The notes beneath the pieces are model-generated. The model did not search any database. It was not told where the DNA came from and worked only from the letters and a program-made list of their open reading frames with translations. This document shows, piece by piece, positions 9,512 through 30,413 of a DNA stretch of 64,000 bases. The translations under genes and the position numbers were made by a program. This stretch comes from an uncultured Campylobacter sp. (GTDB lineage Bacteria > Campylobacterota > Campylobacteria > Campylobacterales > Campylobacteraceae): the NCBI RefSeq assembly GCF_938045775.1, contig NZ_CALIBH010000093.1, positions 1,409 through 65,408 of the forward strand. Reading direction: 5' to 3'. Position 1 is the stretch's first letter. Each line of letters starts with the position of its first letter.

Positions 9512-10868
9512 CATAGATTTCGACGCTTACGCGAAATTTTCGCGCCCGGGGCCCCGCTACACGAGCTATCCGACCGCTTTGGAATTTAGCGAAAACTTCA
9601 GTTACGACGGGTATTTGAACGAGCTGAAAAATCAGAAAAGCTCCACGCCGCTGTCGCTTTACTTTCACATGCCGTTTTGCCGCTCCGCCTGTTATTTTTG
9701 CGGCTGCAACGTAATCTACACGGGCAAGCGCGACAAGATGGATCGGTATTTGGACTATATCGAGCGTGAAATGCAAATTTTAAGCGGCGTCGTGGACGGC
9801 TCGCGCCAGGTCGTGCAGATGCACTTCGGCGGCGGCACGCCTACGTATTTTAGCGCCGAACAGCTCGCGCGCCACATAAAAAATATCAAAAAATATTTTA
9901 AAAATTTCAGCCCCGAAGCCGAGATCAGCTGCGAGATCGATCCGCGATTTTTGAACGCCGAGCAGCTTGACGTGCTCGTTTCAAACGGCTTTAACCGCAT
10001 AAGCTACGGCGTGCAGGACTTCGACGAGCGCGTACAAAAGGAGATCCACCGCATCCAGCCTTTCGAGCTTACGAGGGACGTCATAGCCATGGCGCGCGAG
10101 AGGGGGATAAAATCGATAAATATGGATCTGATCTACGGTCTTCCGTATCAGAGCCTAGCTAGCTTTAAGCGCACGCTGGAGCTTGCGCTTTCGCTTGATC
10201 CGGACCGCTTTGCAATCTTTAACTATGCGCACGTGCCGTGGATCAAAAAATCTATGCGTAAATTTGATGAAACGACCTTGCCGGAGCCTAAAGTGAAGCT
10301 TGAAATTTTAAAATTTACGCACGATTTTTTGAGCACGAACGGATATGAGATGATCGGTATGGATCACTACTCAAAGCCCGCGGACGAGCTTCATACTGCA
10401 CTTAAAAACGGCTCGCTGCACCGCAATTTCCAGGGCTATACGACCAAGGGCGGCGCCGATCTGATCGGCATCGGGTTAACTAGCATCGGCGAGGGCGCGC
10501 GCCACTACGCGCAAAATTTCAAAGATATGGACGCTTACGAGGCCGCGATCGATGCGGGCAGACTGCCGTATTACAGGGGCGTTTTGCTAAATGAAGAGGA
10601 TCTGCTGCGCAAAGAGGTGATTATGGGGCTGATGAGTAATTTTTGCGTCGATATAGAGGCGATCGAGGAGAAATTTAAGATAAAATTTTTCGAGCATTTC
10701 GGCGCGAGCTTAAAGCAGCTTGAGGCGCTAAAGGATTTCGTGCAAGTCTCGCCGAATAGAATTTCCGTAACGCCCACCGGCACGCTTTTGATCCGCAATA
10801 TCGCGATGTGCTTTGATGAGTATATGGTTAAAAATTTGGGCGAGAAGCGCTTTTCTAAAACCGTTTAA
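9504..10868 (+). CDS. hemN: Oxygen-independent coproporphyrinogen III oxidase
   Basis: GPRYTSYPTA, radical SAM CxxxCxxC (CRSACYFC), FGGGTPT, HRNFQGY. Confidence 0.97.
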   Translation: MNSIDFDAYAKFSRPGPRYTSYPTALEFSENFSYDGYLNELKNQKSSTPLSLYFHMPFCRSACYFCGCNVIYTGKRDKMDRYLDYIEREMQILSGVVDGSRQVVQMHFGGGTPTYFSAEQLARHIKNIKKYFKNFSPEAEISCEIDPRFLNAEQLDVLVSNGFNRISYGVQDFDERVQKEIHRIQPFELTRDVIAMARERGIKSINMDLIYGLPYQSLASFKRTLELALSLDPDRFAIFNYAHVPWIKKSMRKFDETTLPEPKVKLEILKFTHDFLSTNGYEMIGMDHYSKPADELHTALKNGSLHRNFQGYTTKGGADLIGIGLTSIGEGARHYAQNFKDMDAYEAAIDAGRLPYYRGVLLNEEDLLRKEVIMGLMSNFCVDIEAIEEKFKIKFFEHFGASLKQLEALKDFVQVSPNRISVTPTGTLLIRNIAMCFDEYMVKNLGEKRFSKTV

Positions 10869-10879
10869 GCGGCGCGGCT

Positions 10880-12184
10880 ATGAGTAGGGCAAAGCTTGGA
10901 GCGTTCGATTTTGCGGCACTTAGCGAGCGCTGCGTAAAATGTGGTAAATGTATCCAAATCTGCACGGTTCATGGCATTAACGGCGATGAAGTAACGAGCC
11001 CACGCGGATTCGTGGATCTTTTGGGCGCTTACGGCAGGAATGATCTAAAGCTTGATAAAAACGCTAAGAAAATTTTTGAGAGCTGCTTTTTATGCACCAA
11101 CTGCGTAGATATTTGCGGTGAGTCTTTGCCCATAGATACGGCAATCGAGAATGTTCGCGCGCGCATTGCGGAAAAATTTGGCATCGCGTGGTACAAAAAA
11201 GCTGCGTTTTGGCTGCTCGGGCACCGCAAAGCGCTGGATCTAGCAGCAGCGCTTGGATACGTGTTTCTTAGCTGTGGCTTTAAGATGCGAAAAGATACGC
11301 AAAGCTCTATGTCGCCTAGATTTGGCTTACCACTACTTAAAAAAGAGCGCTTGTTGCCTGCTCCTGCGAAAAAGAGCTTTATGAACTCGCACGCAGAGCT
11401 TATCGACAACGGCGGCGAAAAAACTATCGGAATTTTTATAGGCTGCATGGCAAACTACGCTTACACGGGCGTAGGCGAGGCGGTTCTACATATCGCGCGA
11501 GCGCTAAAGCTAAACGTAAATTTAATGAAGGAACAAGCCTGTTGCGGCGCCCCTGCGTATTTTACGGGAGATTTTGCAGCGGTTGAACGCGTGGCAAAAT
11601 TTAATATAGCATATTTCGAAAAAGCTCTGCCTGCTCTTGATGCGATTATAGTGCCCGAGGCTACGTGCTCTGCAATGCTGCGGGTGGATTACGCGCATTT
11701 TTTTGAAAACGAGCCGCAATGGAAAGCCCGTGCGCAAAAGCTTGCGAGTAAAATTTTTATGGCGAGCGAATACTTTTATAAATTTACAAACTTAAGTGAT
11801 CTTTTGATGCGCCGCGGCAAAAGGGCTTTAGCGATTACTTATCACGATCCGTGCCATGCCCGCAAAATGCAGGGTATTTGGAAAGAACCGCGCGGCTTGC
11901 TCGCTCAAAACTACGAAATAACCGAGATGGATGAGCCTAATAAATGCTGCGGATTTGGCGGCGTGACGATGCAAACCGAGCGCTACGAGCTCGCGCGTGA
12001 AGCAGGATTAGCTAAGGCGCGCGCAATGGCGGATCTACCCGTGCGCGTAGTTTCTGCCGAGTGCAGCGCGTGCAGGATGCAGCTAAATAACTCGCTTTCT
12101 TTAAGTGGCTCGCAGATGAGGTGCGTAAATCCGCTGGAACTCATCGCTGAAGCGCTTGTGGGCGAGGAAAATTCCAATGGATAA
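10880..12184 (+). CDS. Fe-S oxidoreductase (GlcF-like; ferredoxin + CCG domains)
   Basis: CVKCGKC, CFLCTNC, CCGAP, YHDPCHA, CCGFGG. Confidence 0.88.
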   Translation: MSRAKLGAFDFAALSERCVKCGKCIQICTVHGINGDEVTSPRGFVDLLGAYGRNDLKLDKNAKKIFESCFLCTNCVDICGESLPIDTAIENVRARIAEKFGIAWYKKAAFWLLGHRKALDLAAALGYVFLSCGFKMRKDTQSSMSPRFGLPLLKKERLLPAPAKKSFMNSHAELIDNGGEKTIGIFIGCMANYAYTGVGEAVLHIARALKLNVNLMKEQACCGAPAYFTGDFAAVERVAKFNIAYFEKALPALDAIIVPEATCSAMLRVDYAHFFENEPQWKARAQKLASKIFMASEYFYKFTNLSDLLMRRGKRALAITYHDPCHARKMQGIWKEPRGLLAQNYEITEMDEPNKCCGFGGVTMQTERYELAREAGLAKARAMADLPVRVVSAECSACRMQLNNSLSLSGSQMRCVNPLELIAEALVGEENSNG

Positions 12185-12800
12185 ATTTTGCGTTTTAGAA
12201 GCTCCTGCATTTCGCCGTCTTTTTACTCAATTCAAATCCTGGGGTAAAATTCTGTGCTTTTTAAATTTTGATTTTTAAAAATTATGATGAAATTTTATCA
12301 TTAGCTTGCAGAGGTTGTGGTCTACGCTTTTAAGCTTTCGGATATATCAGCCTGAAGTGGCGTGCGGTGCGAACCCATAGGCTTTGCTGCTGCGGTGGGA
12401 TTGAGCAATATGATTTTAAATACTAAAATTTTGTAGTTTAGAATTTTAGCTGAGGGATTTGCGCAAAATTTTAAGGAGTTGAATTGTAAGATGGATTTTG
12501 GCAGAATTTTAATTTTACGTGGCATTATTTGAAGTTCTATGGAATTTGCGGCTAATGGCTGGAATTTTGATTTATTGATTTGCGCGGATTTGCTTGGCGC
12601 AGCAGGCTTAAAGCGCGAATTTTAAATTTCGTAAAATTTCAAATTAGTTACGCATGGGCTTCTTGCGCTTTGTGGTTTTGACGTTGGGGCAAAATTTCTT
12701 TCAAAAATGTCAAAGTATGCATAAAATATACTCACAATTTTTAGCACGAGATATTTGGTAAAAAGGCTAAGCTAGCGAGATCATGGATTTAAATTTAATT

Positions 12801-13013
12801 TTATTCTTGCTCTTTTGCGTCATCTTCAGAGTCTAGCTTTGCTTCTTCGATCAAAAGCCTGTTGGCTTCGGTAGCTTTTTTTATCTCGCTTAAGTTTTCT
12901 TCTATTTTATTTAAGCGCTTTTCAAGGGTATTTAGACGCTTTTCCGAGCGGGAGATAAAATAATAAATCAAATAAATCATAAAAACTATTATGATCCAAG
13001 GTACGATTTTCAT
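12801..13013 (-). CDS. Small single-TM coiled-coil hypothetical protein
   Basis: ATG at 13013 preceded by AAGGA; extended -10 TGCTATAAT at 13053-13045. Confidence 0.7.
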   Translation of the reverse strand: MKIVPWIIIVFMIYLIYYFISRSEKRLNTLEKRLNKIEENLSEIKKATEANRLLIEEAKLDSEDDAKEQE

Positions 13014-13090
13014 ATAAAATTCCTTAAAATTTAAAATTGCGCGCATTATAGCAGAAATTTTATGAAATTTTAAAATAGGCTGTTTTAGCC

Positions 13091-13119
13091 TTGACAATTG
13101 GGGATTTTTCGGTTATAAT
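13091..13119 (+). promoter_or_regulatory. Sigma70 promoter of the tRNA-tuf operon
   Basis: TTGACA (13091-13096), 17-bp spacer, TATAAT (13114-13119), 20 nt before tRNA-Thr. Confidence 0.9.
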
Positions 13120-13139
13120 TGCCACTTCAATTTCAAAAT

Positions 13140-13215
13140 GCTGGTGTAGCTCAGCTGGTAGAGCTACTGCCTTGTAAGCAGTGGGTCGGCGGTTCGATCC
13201 CGTCCACCAGCTCCA
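13140..13215 (+). tRNA. tRNA-Thr(TGT)
   Basis: Acceptor GCTGGTG/CACCAGC, anticodon loop CTTGTAA, GGTTCGATCC, CCA end. Confidence 0.97.
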
Positions 13216-13251
13216 TTTTTTGTAACAGTGTTTGACCAGATTTCATCAAAG

Positions 13252-13336
<85 letters not shown>

Positions 13337-13348
13337 TGAATTTTTGAT

Positions 13349-13425
13349 GCGGGATTAGCTCAGTTGGCTAGAGCATCAGCCTTCCAAGCTGAGGGTCGCG
13401 GGTTCGAGCCCCGTTTCCCGCTCCA
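13349..13425 (+). tRNA. tRNA-Gly(TCC)
   Basis: Acceptor GCGGGA/TCCCGC, loop CTTCCAA, GGTTCGAG, CCA end. Confidence 0.97.
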
Positions 13426-13538
13426 CCATTTAGGTTTACTGGGAGCTGTAAAACTTAACTGCTTTTATATGCTTACATAATCTAAATTTTGGTCGCATTG
13501 TTGGGTATTGGTAGCGATTTCTCTTTGCCTGAGTTTAG

Positions 13539-13613
<75 letters not shown>

Positions 13614-13669
13614 TAAAATAGAGTCGCTTAGTTTGTTGTGTAATCCACAAATCAATAACGGAGGATATG

Positions 13670-14869
13670 ATGGCTAAAGAAAAATTTAATCGTAACAAGC
13701 CACACGTAAACATTGGTACCATCGGTCACGTTGACCATGGTAAGACTACTTTGACAGCTGCTATTTCTGCTGTTCTTTCCAGGAAGGGTCTAGCCGAGCT
13801 AAAAGACTACGACAATATCGATAACGCTCCAGAGGAAAAAGAGCGCGGTATTACTATCGCTACGTCTCACATCGAATATGAGACCGAGAAGCGTCACTAT
13901 GCTCACGTTGACTGCCCTGGTCACGCCGACTACGTAAAAAATATGATTACCGGTGCGGCTCAGATGGACGGCGCTATTTTAGTTGTTTCCGCCGCAGATG
14001 GTCCTATGCCTCAAACTCGCGAGCACATCTTACTTTCTCGCCAGGTAGGCGTTCCATATATCGTAGTTTTCTTAAATAAAACCGACATGGTTGATGATCC
14101 GGATCTTTTAGAGCTAGTCGAAGAGGAAGTTAGAGATCTTCTTAAAGAGTATAAATTCCCTGGCGACGAGACTCCGATCATTAAAGGTTCTGCGCTTAAG
14201 GCTCTTGAAGAGGCTAAAGCCGGACAAGATGGTGAGTGGTCTGCAAAGATTATGGAGCTTATGGATGCCGTTGATAGCTATATCCCAACTCCTGTTCGCG
14301 ATACCGACAAAGACTTCCTTCTTCCGATCGAAGATATTTTCTCGATTTCCGGTCGCGGCACCGTTGTAACTGGTAGAATCGAAAAAGGTATCGTTAAAGT
14401 TGGCGATACTATCGAGATCGTAGGTATTAAACCTACTCAAACTACTACCGTTACCGGCGTTGAGATGTTTAGAAAAGAGATGGATCAAGGTGAAGCCGGC
14501 GATAACGTAGGTGTTTTATTGCGCGGTACCAAGAAAGAAGAAGTAGAGCGCGGTATGGTTTTATGCAAACCAAAATCGATCACTCCTCATACTAAATTTG
14601 AGGGCGAGGTTTATATCCTAACTAAAGAAGAGGGCGGACGCCATACTCCATTCTTTAATAATTATAGACCGCAGTTTTACGTTCGTACGACAGATGTTAC
14701 CGGTTCGATTACTCTTCCTGAGGGGACCGAGATGGTAATGCCTGGCGATAACGTTAAAATCACCGTTGAGCTAATCGCTCCGATCGCTCTTGAGCAAGGT
14801 ACGCGCTTCGCGATTCGCGAAGGCGGTCATACCGTAGGCTCAGGCGTCGTTTCGAAAATCATCGCTTAA
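13670..14869 (+). CDS. tuf: Elongation factor Tu
   Basis: [26 protein letters not shown]; start at 13667 or 13670. Confidence 0.99.
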   Translation: MAKEKFNRNKPHVNIGTIGHVDHGKTTLTAAISAVLSRKGLAELKDYDNIDNAPEEKERGITIATSHIEYETEKRHYAHVDCPGHADYVKNMITGAAQMDGAILVVSAADGPMPQTREHILLSRQVGVPYIVVFLNKTDMVDDPDLLELVEEEVRDLLKEYKFPGDETPIIKGSALKALEEAKAGQDGEWSAKIMELMDAVDSYIPTPVRDTDKDFLLPIEDIFSISGRGTVVTGRIEKGIVKVGDTIEIVGIKPTQTTTVTGVEMFRKEMDQGEAGDNVGVLLRGTKKEEVERGMVLCKPKSITPHTKFEGEVYILTKEEGGRHTPFFNNYRPQFYVRTTDVTGSITLPEGTEMVMPGDNVKITVELIAPIALEQGTRFAIREGGHTVGSGVVSKIIA

Positions 14870-14875
14870 TTTTTT

Positions 14876-14909
14876 GCAAGCGGAATTTTAAAATTCCGCT
14901 TGCTTTTTT
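14876..14909 (+). terminator. Intrinsic terminator-like hairpin after tuf
   Basis: Perfect inverted repeat GCAAGCGGAATTTT/AAAATTCCGCTTGC followed by T6. Confidence 0.8.
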
Positions 14910-14924
14910 ATTCAAGGAAACTAA

Positions 14925-15098
14925 ATGGCAAAGAATTCAAGTAGAGTAAAGGTCGGATTAAAATGCTCCGAAAGTGGCGATATTAACTATACTACTTATA
15001 AAAATAGCAAAACTACGACCGAAAAACTAGAACTTAAAAAATATTGCCCTAGATTAAAAAAGCACACGCTTCATAAAGAAGTCAAGTTAAAAGGCTAA
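14925..15098 (+). CDS. rpmG: 50S ribosomal protein L33 (missing from the ORF track)
   Basis: Hand translation [65 protein letters not shown]. Confidence 0.97.
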   Translation: MAKNSSRVKVGLKCSESGDINYTTYKNSKTTTEKLELKKYCPRLKKHTLHKEVKLKG

Positions 15099-15105
15099 TT
15101 GTTAT

Positions 15106-15181
15106 AGGGCAATAGCTCCAACGGTAGAGCGCCGGATTCCAAATCCGATGGTTGGGGGTTCGAATCCCTCTTGCCCTGCCA
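15106..15181 (+). tRNA. tRNA-Trp(CCA)
   Basis: Acceptor AGGGCAA/TTGCCCT, loop TTCCAAA, GGTTCGAATCC, CCA end. Confidence 0.96.
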
Positions 15182-15193
15182 CGAGGATTGGGT

Positions 15194-15367
15194 ATGGAAA
15201 AAGTAAAAGAGTATTATAAACAAGCAAAAGTAGAGTTAGATAAGGTAATTTTCCCGACTAAAGATCAGACTAAAACAGCATATATCTCTGTGGTCGTCGT
15301 AGTCGTAGTTATTGCACTGTTTTTAGCGCTAGTGGATCTGATTATGTCCGCTTTAATAACGGCTTAA
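15194..15367 (+). CDS. secE: Preprotein translocase subunit SecE
   Basis: ELDKVIFPTK followed by one TM helix; between tRNA-Trp and nusG; ATG at 15194. Confidence 0.95.
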   Translation: MEKVKEYYKQAKVELDKVIFPTKDQTKTAYISVVVVVVVIALFLALVDLIMSALITA

Positions 15368-15380
15368 GCAAGGATACAAT

Positions 15381-15911
15381 ATGGCAAATAAATGGTATGC
15401 GATACAAACTTACGCCGGCAGCGAGATGGCGGTAAAGCGCGCGATAGAAGCGCTAAAGCAAGACGAAGCGCTTGAGGCTAAGATCGGCGAAGTGCTAGTG
15501 CCTACCGAAGATGTTATAGAGGTCAAAAATACAAAGCAAACCATTAAAGAGCGCAGCTTATATCCTGGGTATTGCTTTGCAAATTTAGATCTGGATACTA
15601 CTTTATGGCATAGAATTCAGATGCTACCTAAGGTCAGTCGCTTTATCGGCGAGGCTAAAAAGCCCTCTCCGCTACCGGAAAAAGATATCGAAATAATTCT
15701 AGAAAAGATCAATAATCGCGAGGCTCCTAAGCCCAAGATTAATTTCGATGAGGGCGAGACGGTTAGAATCGTCGATGGACCTTTTGCTAATTTCAACGGC
15801 ATCGTAGAAGAGTATGATATGATCCACGGCAAGCTTCGCCTCAATGTTTCGATCTTCGGACGAAGCACGCCGATTGAAATTTCATACTCGCAAGTTGAAA
15901 AGATTATTTAA
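15381..15911 (+). CDS. nusG: Transcription termination/antitermination factor
   Basis: [31 protein letters not shown]. Confidence 0.98.
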   Translation: MANKWYAIQTYAGSEMAVKRAIEALKQDEALEAKIGEVLVPTEDVIEVKNTKQTIKERSLYPGYCFANLDLDTTLWHRIQMLPKVSRFIGEAKKPSPLPEKDIEIILEKINNREAPKPKINFDEGETVRIVDGPFANFNGIVEEYDMIHGKLRLNVSIFGRSTPIEISYSQVEKII

Positions 15912-15931
15912 ATTTTATAAGGAGTAAATTT

Positions 15932-16357
15932 ATGGCTAAGAAAGTTGTTGGCGAAATCAAGCTGCAAATAGCAGCCGCAAAAGCAAATCCAAGCCCGCCG
16001 GTAGGTCCTGCACTAGGTCAAAAGGGCGTTAATATTATGGAATTTTGCAAAGCATTTAACGAACGAACCAAAGATATGGCGGGCTTTAATATCCCGGTCA
16101 TCATCACGGTTTATGCCGATAAAAGCTTTACTTTCATCACTAAACAACCGCCTGCGACGGATTTGATCAAAAAAGCGGCGAAGATAGATAAGGGTTCGGA
16201 CAACCCTCTTAAAAAGAAGGTAGCGTCCTTAACTAAGGCTCAAGTTTTAGAGATCGTCGAGAAAAAGATCGCCGATCTGAATACCAAAGATAGAGAGCAG
16301 GCGGCTAGGATTATAGCGGGTTCGGCTCGTTCTATGGGTATTACGGTCACTGACTAG
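15932..16357 (+). CDS. rplK: 50S ribosomal protein L11
   Basis: [22 protein letters not shown]. Confidence 0.99.
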   Translation: MAKKVVGEIKLQIAAAKANPSPPVGPALGQKGVNIMEFCKAFNERTKDMAGFNIPVIITVYADKSFTFITKQPPATDLIKKAAKIDKGSDNPLKKKVASLTKAQVLEIVEKKIADLNTKDREQAARIIAGSARSMGITVTD

Positions 16358-16413
16358 ACCTTTTGACCGCTAAGGTTTAAAAAAGCGGTAGCACTTTAAT
16401 TGCGGAGAAATAT

Positions 16414-17115
16414 ATGCCAAAAAATTCAAAAAGATTCAACGAACTTTTAAAAAAAGTTGACGTAAATAAAATTTATAGTGTAGACGAAGCGGTAAGCACG
16501 GTAAAAACTTTAGCTTCTGCTAAATTTGACGAGACAGTGGAGATCGCTCTTAAACTAAACGTAGATCCAAGACATGCCGATCAGATGGTGCGCGGCTCGG
16601 TCGTTTTGCCTGCTGGTACTGGCAAGAGCGTTCGAGTAGCCGTGATTGCAAAAGACGCAAAAGCTAGCGAGGCTAGCGAAGCAGGTGCCGATATCGTGGG
16701 CGCCGATGATCTGATCGAAGAGATTCAAAAGGGAAATATAAATTTCGACGTTCTTATCGCCACTCCAAATTTAATGGGACTAGTCGGTAAGGTAGGTCGT
16801 ATTCTTGGTCCAAAAGGCGTTATGCCGAACCCTAAAACCGGTACCGTTACTATGGATGTCGCTCAGGCCGTTAAAAATGCTAAGGGTGGACAGGTAAATT
16901 TCCGCGTCGATAAGCAAGGAAATATCCACGCAGGCCTTGGCAAGGCGAGCTTTAGCAAAGAGCAGCTTTTAGACAATCTTACGACGTTTATCAAAACCAT
17001 AAATAAGCATAAGCCAGCGACTGCGAAGGGTAGATACGTAACTCATGCATCGCTTTCACTTACTATGAGTCCTGCGGTTACGTTGGATAATCAAGAAATA
17101 ATCGATTTAAAATAA
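16414..17115 (+). CDS. rplA: 50S ribosomal protein L1
   Basis: [23 protein letters not shown]. Confidence 0.99.
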   Translation: MPKNSKRFNELLKKVDVNKIYSVDEAVSTVKTLASAKFDETVEIALKLNVDPRHADQMVRGSVVLPAGTGKSVRVAVIAKDAKASEASEAGADIVGADDLIEEIQKGNINFDVLIATPNLMGLVGKVGRILGPKGVMPNPKTGTVTMDVAQAVKNAKGGQVNFRVDKQGNIHAGLGKASFSKEQLLDNLTTFIKTINKHKPATAKGRYVTHASLSLTMSPAVTLDNQEIIDLK

Positions 17116-17129
17116 AATTTTAAATTTTT

Positions 17130-17228
17130 ATCTTAGATTGGAGATAGCTCAAGGTTTTTAACTTAATTGGTCGAAATTTCACAATTTCGATCGCTTGGCT
17201 TGAAATCACCGATCGGAAAGGAGACCTA
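17130..17228 (+). promoter_or_regulatory. Probable L10 leader (ribosomal protein autoregulatory RNA)
   Basis: About 110-nt leader between rplA and rplJ containing GAGATAGC...AGGTT...TTAAT and pairing CGATCG segments; mainly positional evidence. Confidence 0.45.
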
Positions 17229-17708
17229 ATGACGAGAGACGAAAAATCAAAGATAGTAGCGGAGCTTGGCGAGGCTTTCAAGGCTAGCGAAGCTATAGTA
17301 ATTTCCGATTTTAAAGGCCTTAGCGTTAAGCAGCTTGAAGATCTTAGAAATAGCGCGCGCGAAGCGGGCGTAAAGGTTCGGGTTATCAAAAATACCCTAG
17401 CCAATATCGCTTTAAAAAATGCCGAAAAAAACGGACTTAGCTTTAAAGATACCAATATCTTCTTATGGGGCGAGCAGCTTTCTGTATGTAAAGTAGCGGC
17501 TAAATTTGAAGAGAAAAATGAAATTTTTAAGCTTAAGACCGCTCATATCGATGGGGAAGTAGCCGGCGTAGATAAGGTTAGAGCGCTTTCGAAGATGCCT
17601 TCGAGAGACGAGCTTATTGCGATGTTACTTCAAGTATGGAATGCGCCGATTCAAAATTTTACGATCGGCTTAAATGCGCTTAAGCAGAAAAAAGAAGCTA
17701 GCGCTTAA
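17229..17708 (+). CDS. rplJ: 50S ribosomal protein L10
   Basis: [24 protein letters not shown]. Confidence 0.98.
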   Translation: MTRDEKSKIVAELGEAFKASEAIVISDFKGLSVKQLEDLRNSAREAGVKVRVIKNTLANIALKNAEKNGLSFKDTNIFLWGEQLSVCKVAAKFEEKNEIFKLKTAHIDGEVAGVDKVRALSKMPSRDELIAMLLQVWNAPIQNFTIGLNALKQKKEASA

Positions 17709-17728
17709 TTAAAATTTAGGAGAATAAA

Positions 17729-18112
17729 ATGGCAATTTCAACAGATGAAGAGGTTTTGGAGTATATCTCTAATCGTTCGGTGCTAGAGCTTAGCGAACTA
17801 GTTAAAAAATTTGAGGAAAAATTTGGCGTAAGCGCAGCTCCAGTTATGGTAGCTGGCGGCGCAGGTGCAGGTGGTGCAGGTGCGGCAGCGGCTGAAGAAA
17901 AAACAGAATTCGACGTCGTATTGCTTGAGGCGGGTGACAAGAAAATCAACGTAATTAAGGTTGTTCGCGCCCTAACAGGTCTTGGTCTAAAAGAAGCCAA
18001 AGACGCTACCGAGGCTACTCCGTCCGTTCTTAAAGAGGGACTCAACAAAGAAGACGCCGAGAAGGCCAAAAAAGAACTTGAAGAAGCAGGCGCTAAAGTC
18101 GAACTCAAATAA
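17729..18112 (+). CDS. rplL: 50S ribosomal protein L7/L12
   Basis: [33 protein letters not shown]. Confidence 0.99.
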   Translation: MAISTDEEVLEYISNRSVLELSELVKKFEEKFGVSAAPVMVAGGAGAGGAGAAAAEEKTEFDVVLLEAGDKKINVIKVVRALTGLGLKEAKDATEATPSVLKEGLNKEDAEKAKKELEEAGAKVELK

Positions 18113-18127
18113 ATCGCGGAATTTTAA

Positions 18128-26850
<8,723 letters not shown>

Positions 26851-26885
26851 TTTTGGGCGCAAGCCCTAAATTTAAAGGATGAAAC

Positions 26886-27275
26886 ATGAATATGATCAAC
26901 ATAAATTTCGGTCTGTTGTTTATCAGGTTGGGGCTTGGAGTTTGTCTTTTAATGCACGGAATTTTTAAGCTTACTCATGGTATCGACGGCGTAAAATCGA
27001 TGCTGGTAGCCAGAGGAATTCCGGATTTAGTGGCTTACGGCGCATACGTAGGCGAGGTGCTGGCGCCAGCGATGATAATCATAGGCGTATTTTGCCGCAT
27101 AGGCGCTCTGCTTGTGATCGCAAACGTGCTCATGATAATATATGTCCTACACACTCCGTTGAGCGCGCTTACCGGCGTGGGCGGATTTGAGCTGGAAATC
27201 ATATATCTGTATCTTTCTGCTGCGATCTGCTTAGTGATCTGCGGCGGCGGAGAGTTTGTACTGATTAGAGATTAA
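26886..27275 (+). CDS. DoxX-family membrane protein
   Basis: LLFIRLGLG...HG..KL, GEV.AP..II.G, four TM segments. Confidence 0.85.
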   Translation: MNMININFGLLFIRLGLGVCLLMHGIFKLTHGIDGVKSMLVARGIPDLVAYGAYVGEVLAPAMIIIGVFCRIGALLVIANVLMIIYVLHTPLSALTGVGGFELEIIYLYLSAAICLVICGGGEFVLIRD

Positions 27276-27358
27276 AATTTAGTTAAATTTACGTTTCTGT
27301 AAGTTTAAACAAAGTATAATCCAAATCTTTTTGAATAAATTTTTGTGAAAGGAAAGAT

Positions 27359-27733
27359 GTGCCAACCATAAATCAATTGGTCAGAAAAGAGCGCAAGAAG
27401 ATTACCGAGAAATCGAAGTCTCCGGCGCTAAAGAATTGCCCTCAACGAAGAGGAGTTTGTACTAAGGTCTATACTACGACCCCTAAAAAGCCAAACTCAG
27501 CGCTTCGTAAAGTTGCCAAAGTAAGGCTTACTAGCGGATTTGAAGTCATCAGCTATATCGGCGGTGAAGGTCACAATCTACAAGAGCACTCCATCGTGCT
27601 AGTTCGCGGCGGTCGCGTAAAGGACCTACCGGGCGTTAAATATCACATCGTCCGCGGTGCGCTCGATACTGCAGGCGTTGCGAAACGAACCGTTGCAAGA
27701 TCAAAATACGGTGCTAAACGACCTAAAAAATAG
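27359..27733 (+). CDS. rpsL: 30S ribosomal protein S12
   Basis: [34 protein letters not shown] at 27315-27320 upstream. Confidence 0.99.
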   Translation: MPTINQLVRKERKKITEKSKSPALKNCPQRRGVCTKVYTTTPKKPNSALRKVAKVRLTSGFEVISYIGGEGHNLQEHSIVLVRGGRVKDLPGVKYHIVRGALDTAGVAKRTVARSKYGAKRPKK

Positions 27734-27793
27734 TTTAGCCGAAACAGACCGGCACTAGATTTTGCCGAGTTTGAGTAAAATTTTAAAATTTGA

Positions 27794-28273
<480 letters not shown>

Positions 28274-28282
28274 GAGGGCATC

Positions 28283-30358
28283 ATGGCAAGAAAAACCCCT
28301 TTACATATGGTTAGAAACATCGGTATTGCCGCCCACATCGATGCCGGAAAGACCACTACAAGCGAAAGAATTCTATTTTTTACCGGCATGAGTCATAAGA
28401 TCGGCGAGGTTCACGAGGGCGCTGCTACTATGGACTGGATGGAGCAAGAGCGCGAGCGCGGCATCACGATCACGTCTGCGGCAACTACCTGCTTTTGGAA
28501 TAATCATCAGATAAATTTGATCGACACCCCGGGTCACGTTGACTTTACTATCGAAGTCGAGCGCTCGATGCGCGTTTTAGACGGCGCGGTAGCAGTATTT
28601 TGCTCTGTAGGTGGCGTTCAGCCTCAAAGCGAGACCGTTTGGCGTCAAGCGAATAAATACCATGTTCCACGCATCATTTTCGTAAATAAGATGGACCGCG
28701 TCGGCGCAAATTTTTATAATGTCGAACAGCAGGTAAAAGATAGACTAAAAGCACATCCGGTTCCGATTCAAATTCCGATTGGCGCTGAGGACGATTTTAA
28801 AGGCGTTATCGATTTGGTTACTATGAAAGCGCTCGTTTGGGACGATAGCAAGGGTCCTTCTGCTCCCGAGATCGTTGAAATTCCTGCTGAATTACGAGAA
28901 AAAGCGCAAGAGTACCGCGACAAGATGATTGAGGCGGTAGCAGAGACTGATGAAGCTTTGATGGAGAAGTATTTTAACGGCGAAGAGCTAAGCGTAGAAG
29001 AGATTAAAAAGGGCATCAAGAAAGGCTGCTTAAGCCTAAGCTTTTTTCCTATGCTATGCGGCACCGCGTTTAAAAATAAGGGCGTGCAGCCTTTGCTAGA
29101 TGCGGTCGTAGATTATCTACCTGCGCCTGATGAAGTGCCTGCGATTAAGGGTCAGTATGAGGACGGCAGCGAGGTTCACGTAAGCTCTACCGATGAGGGT
29201 GAGTTCGCGGGTCTTGGATTTAAGATTATGACCGATCCTTTCGTAGGTCAGCTTACATTTGTGCGCGTATATCGCGGCGTTTTGGAAAGCGGCAGCTATG
29301 TCGTAAATACCGGCAAGGGTAAAAAAGAGCGCATCGGCCGCTTGCTAAGAATGCACTCGAATAAACGCGAAGAGATCAAAGAGCTTTATGCGGGCGAGAT
29401 CGGTGCCGTCGTGGGTCTGAAAGATACTCTTACGGGCGATACGCTAGCTAGCGAAAAAGATAAAGTAATTTTAGAACGTATGGAATTTCCTGATCCCGTT
29501 ATCAGTGTAGCGGTAGAGCCTAAAACCAAAGCCGATCAAGAAAAAATGGGTATCGCGCTTCAAAAATTGGCGCAAGAAGATCCAAGCTTTAGGGTTGCGA
29601 CCGACGAGGAGAGCGGACAGACGATCATTTCGGGAATGGGCGAGCTGCACCTCGAGATCATCGTAGATAGAATGCTTAGAGAATTTAAAGTCGAAGCAGA
29701 GGTCGGACAGCCGCAGGTCGCATATCGCGAGACTATCCGCAAAAAGGTCGAGCAGGAATACAAATATGCCAAGCAGTCGGGCGGTCGCGGTCAATACGGT
29801 CACGTATTTTTGCGCCTAGAGCCTTTGGAGCCTGGCACCGGATATGAGTTCGTAAACGATATCAAAGGCGGCGCGATTCCGAAAGAATACATCCCTGCAG
29901 TCGATAAAGGCTGCCAAGAGGCGATGCAAAACGGCGTTTTGGCGGGATATCCGGTCGAGGACGTGCGCGTAACAGTCTATGACGGAAGCTACCACGAAGT
30001 CGATAGCTCCGAAATGGCGTTCAAACTCGCCGCTTCTATGGGCTTTAAAGAGGGCGCTAGAAAAGCGGGTGCCGTAATCTTGGAGCCTATGATGAAGGTC
30101 GAGGTAGAAACCCCTGAGGAGTATATGGGCGACGTCATCGGCGATCTAAACAAGCGCCGCGGACAGGTTAATAATATGAGCGAGCGCGGTGGCAACAAGA
30201 TCATCGACGCGTTTTGCCCGCTTTCGGAGATGTTCGGTTACTCGACCGATCTGCGCTCTCAGACGCAGGGTCGCGCGACCTATTCGATGGAATTTGATCA
30301 CTACGACGAGGTTCCTAAAAACGTCGGCGAAGAGATCATCAAAAAGCGCAACGGCTAA
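28283..30358 (+). CDS. fusA: Elongation factor G
   Basis: [31 protein letters not shown]. Confidence 0.99.
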   Translation: MARKTPLHMVRNIGIAAHIDAGKTTTSERILFFTGMSHKIGEVHEGAATMDWMEQERERGITITSAATTCFWNNHQINLIDTPGHVDFTIEVERSMRVLDGAVAVFCSVGGVQPQSETVWRQANKYHVPRIIFVNKMDRVGANFYNVEQQVKDRLKAHPVPIQIPIGAEDDFKGVIDLVTMKALVWDDSKGPSAPEIVEIPAELREKAQEYRDKMIEAVAETDEALMEKYFNGEELSVEEIKKGIKKGCLSLSFFPMLCGTAFKNKGVQPLLDAVVDYLPAPDEVPAIKGQYEDGSEVHVSSTDEGEFAGLGFKIMTDPFVGQLTFVRVYRGVLESGSYVVNTGKGKKERIGRLLRMHSNKREEIKELYAGEIGAVVGLKDTLTGDTLASEKDKVILERMEFPDPVISVAVEPKTKADQEKMGIALQKLAQEDPSFRVATDEESGQTIISGMGELHLEIIVDRMLREFKVEAEVGQPQVAYRETIRKKVEQEYKYAKQSGGRGQYGHVFLRLEPLEPGTGYEFVNDIKGGAIPKEYIPAVDKGCQEAMQNGVLAGYPVEDVRVTVYDGSYHEVDSSEMAFKLAASMGFKEGARKAGAVILEPMMKVEVETPEEYMGDVIGDLNKRRGQVNNMSERGGNKIIDAFCPLSEMFGYSTDLRSQTQGRATYSMEFDHYDEVPKNVGEEIIKKRNG

Positions 30359-30368
30359 GCTTAATGGA

Positions 30369-30413
30369 CGCTAGGGTGCGGCGATAGCTTTATCGCCAAC
30401 CCTGGCGCTTCTT
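30369..30413 (+). terminator. Long hairpin after fusA, probable terminator
   Basis: CGCTAGGGT..GGCGATA-gctt-TATCGCC..ACCCTGGCG followed by CTTCTT. Confidence 0.6.

Noticed and set aside
13423..13428. CCACCA after tRNA-Gly
   Set aside because: A 3-nt duplication is easily chance; nothing else supports a role
26886..27275. DoxX gene between rpoC and rpsL as a recent insertion
   Set aside because: Host-like composition and no mobility signal; treated as an ordinary resident gene
27359..27733. Streptomycin-resistance substitutions in S12
   Set aside because: PKKPNS and RVKDLP retain the wild-type lysines
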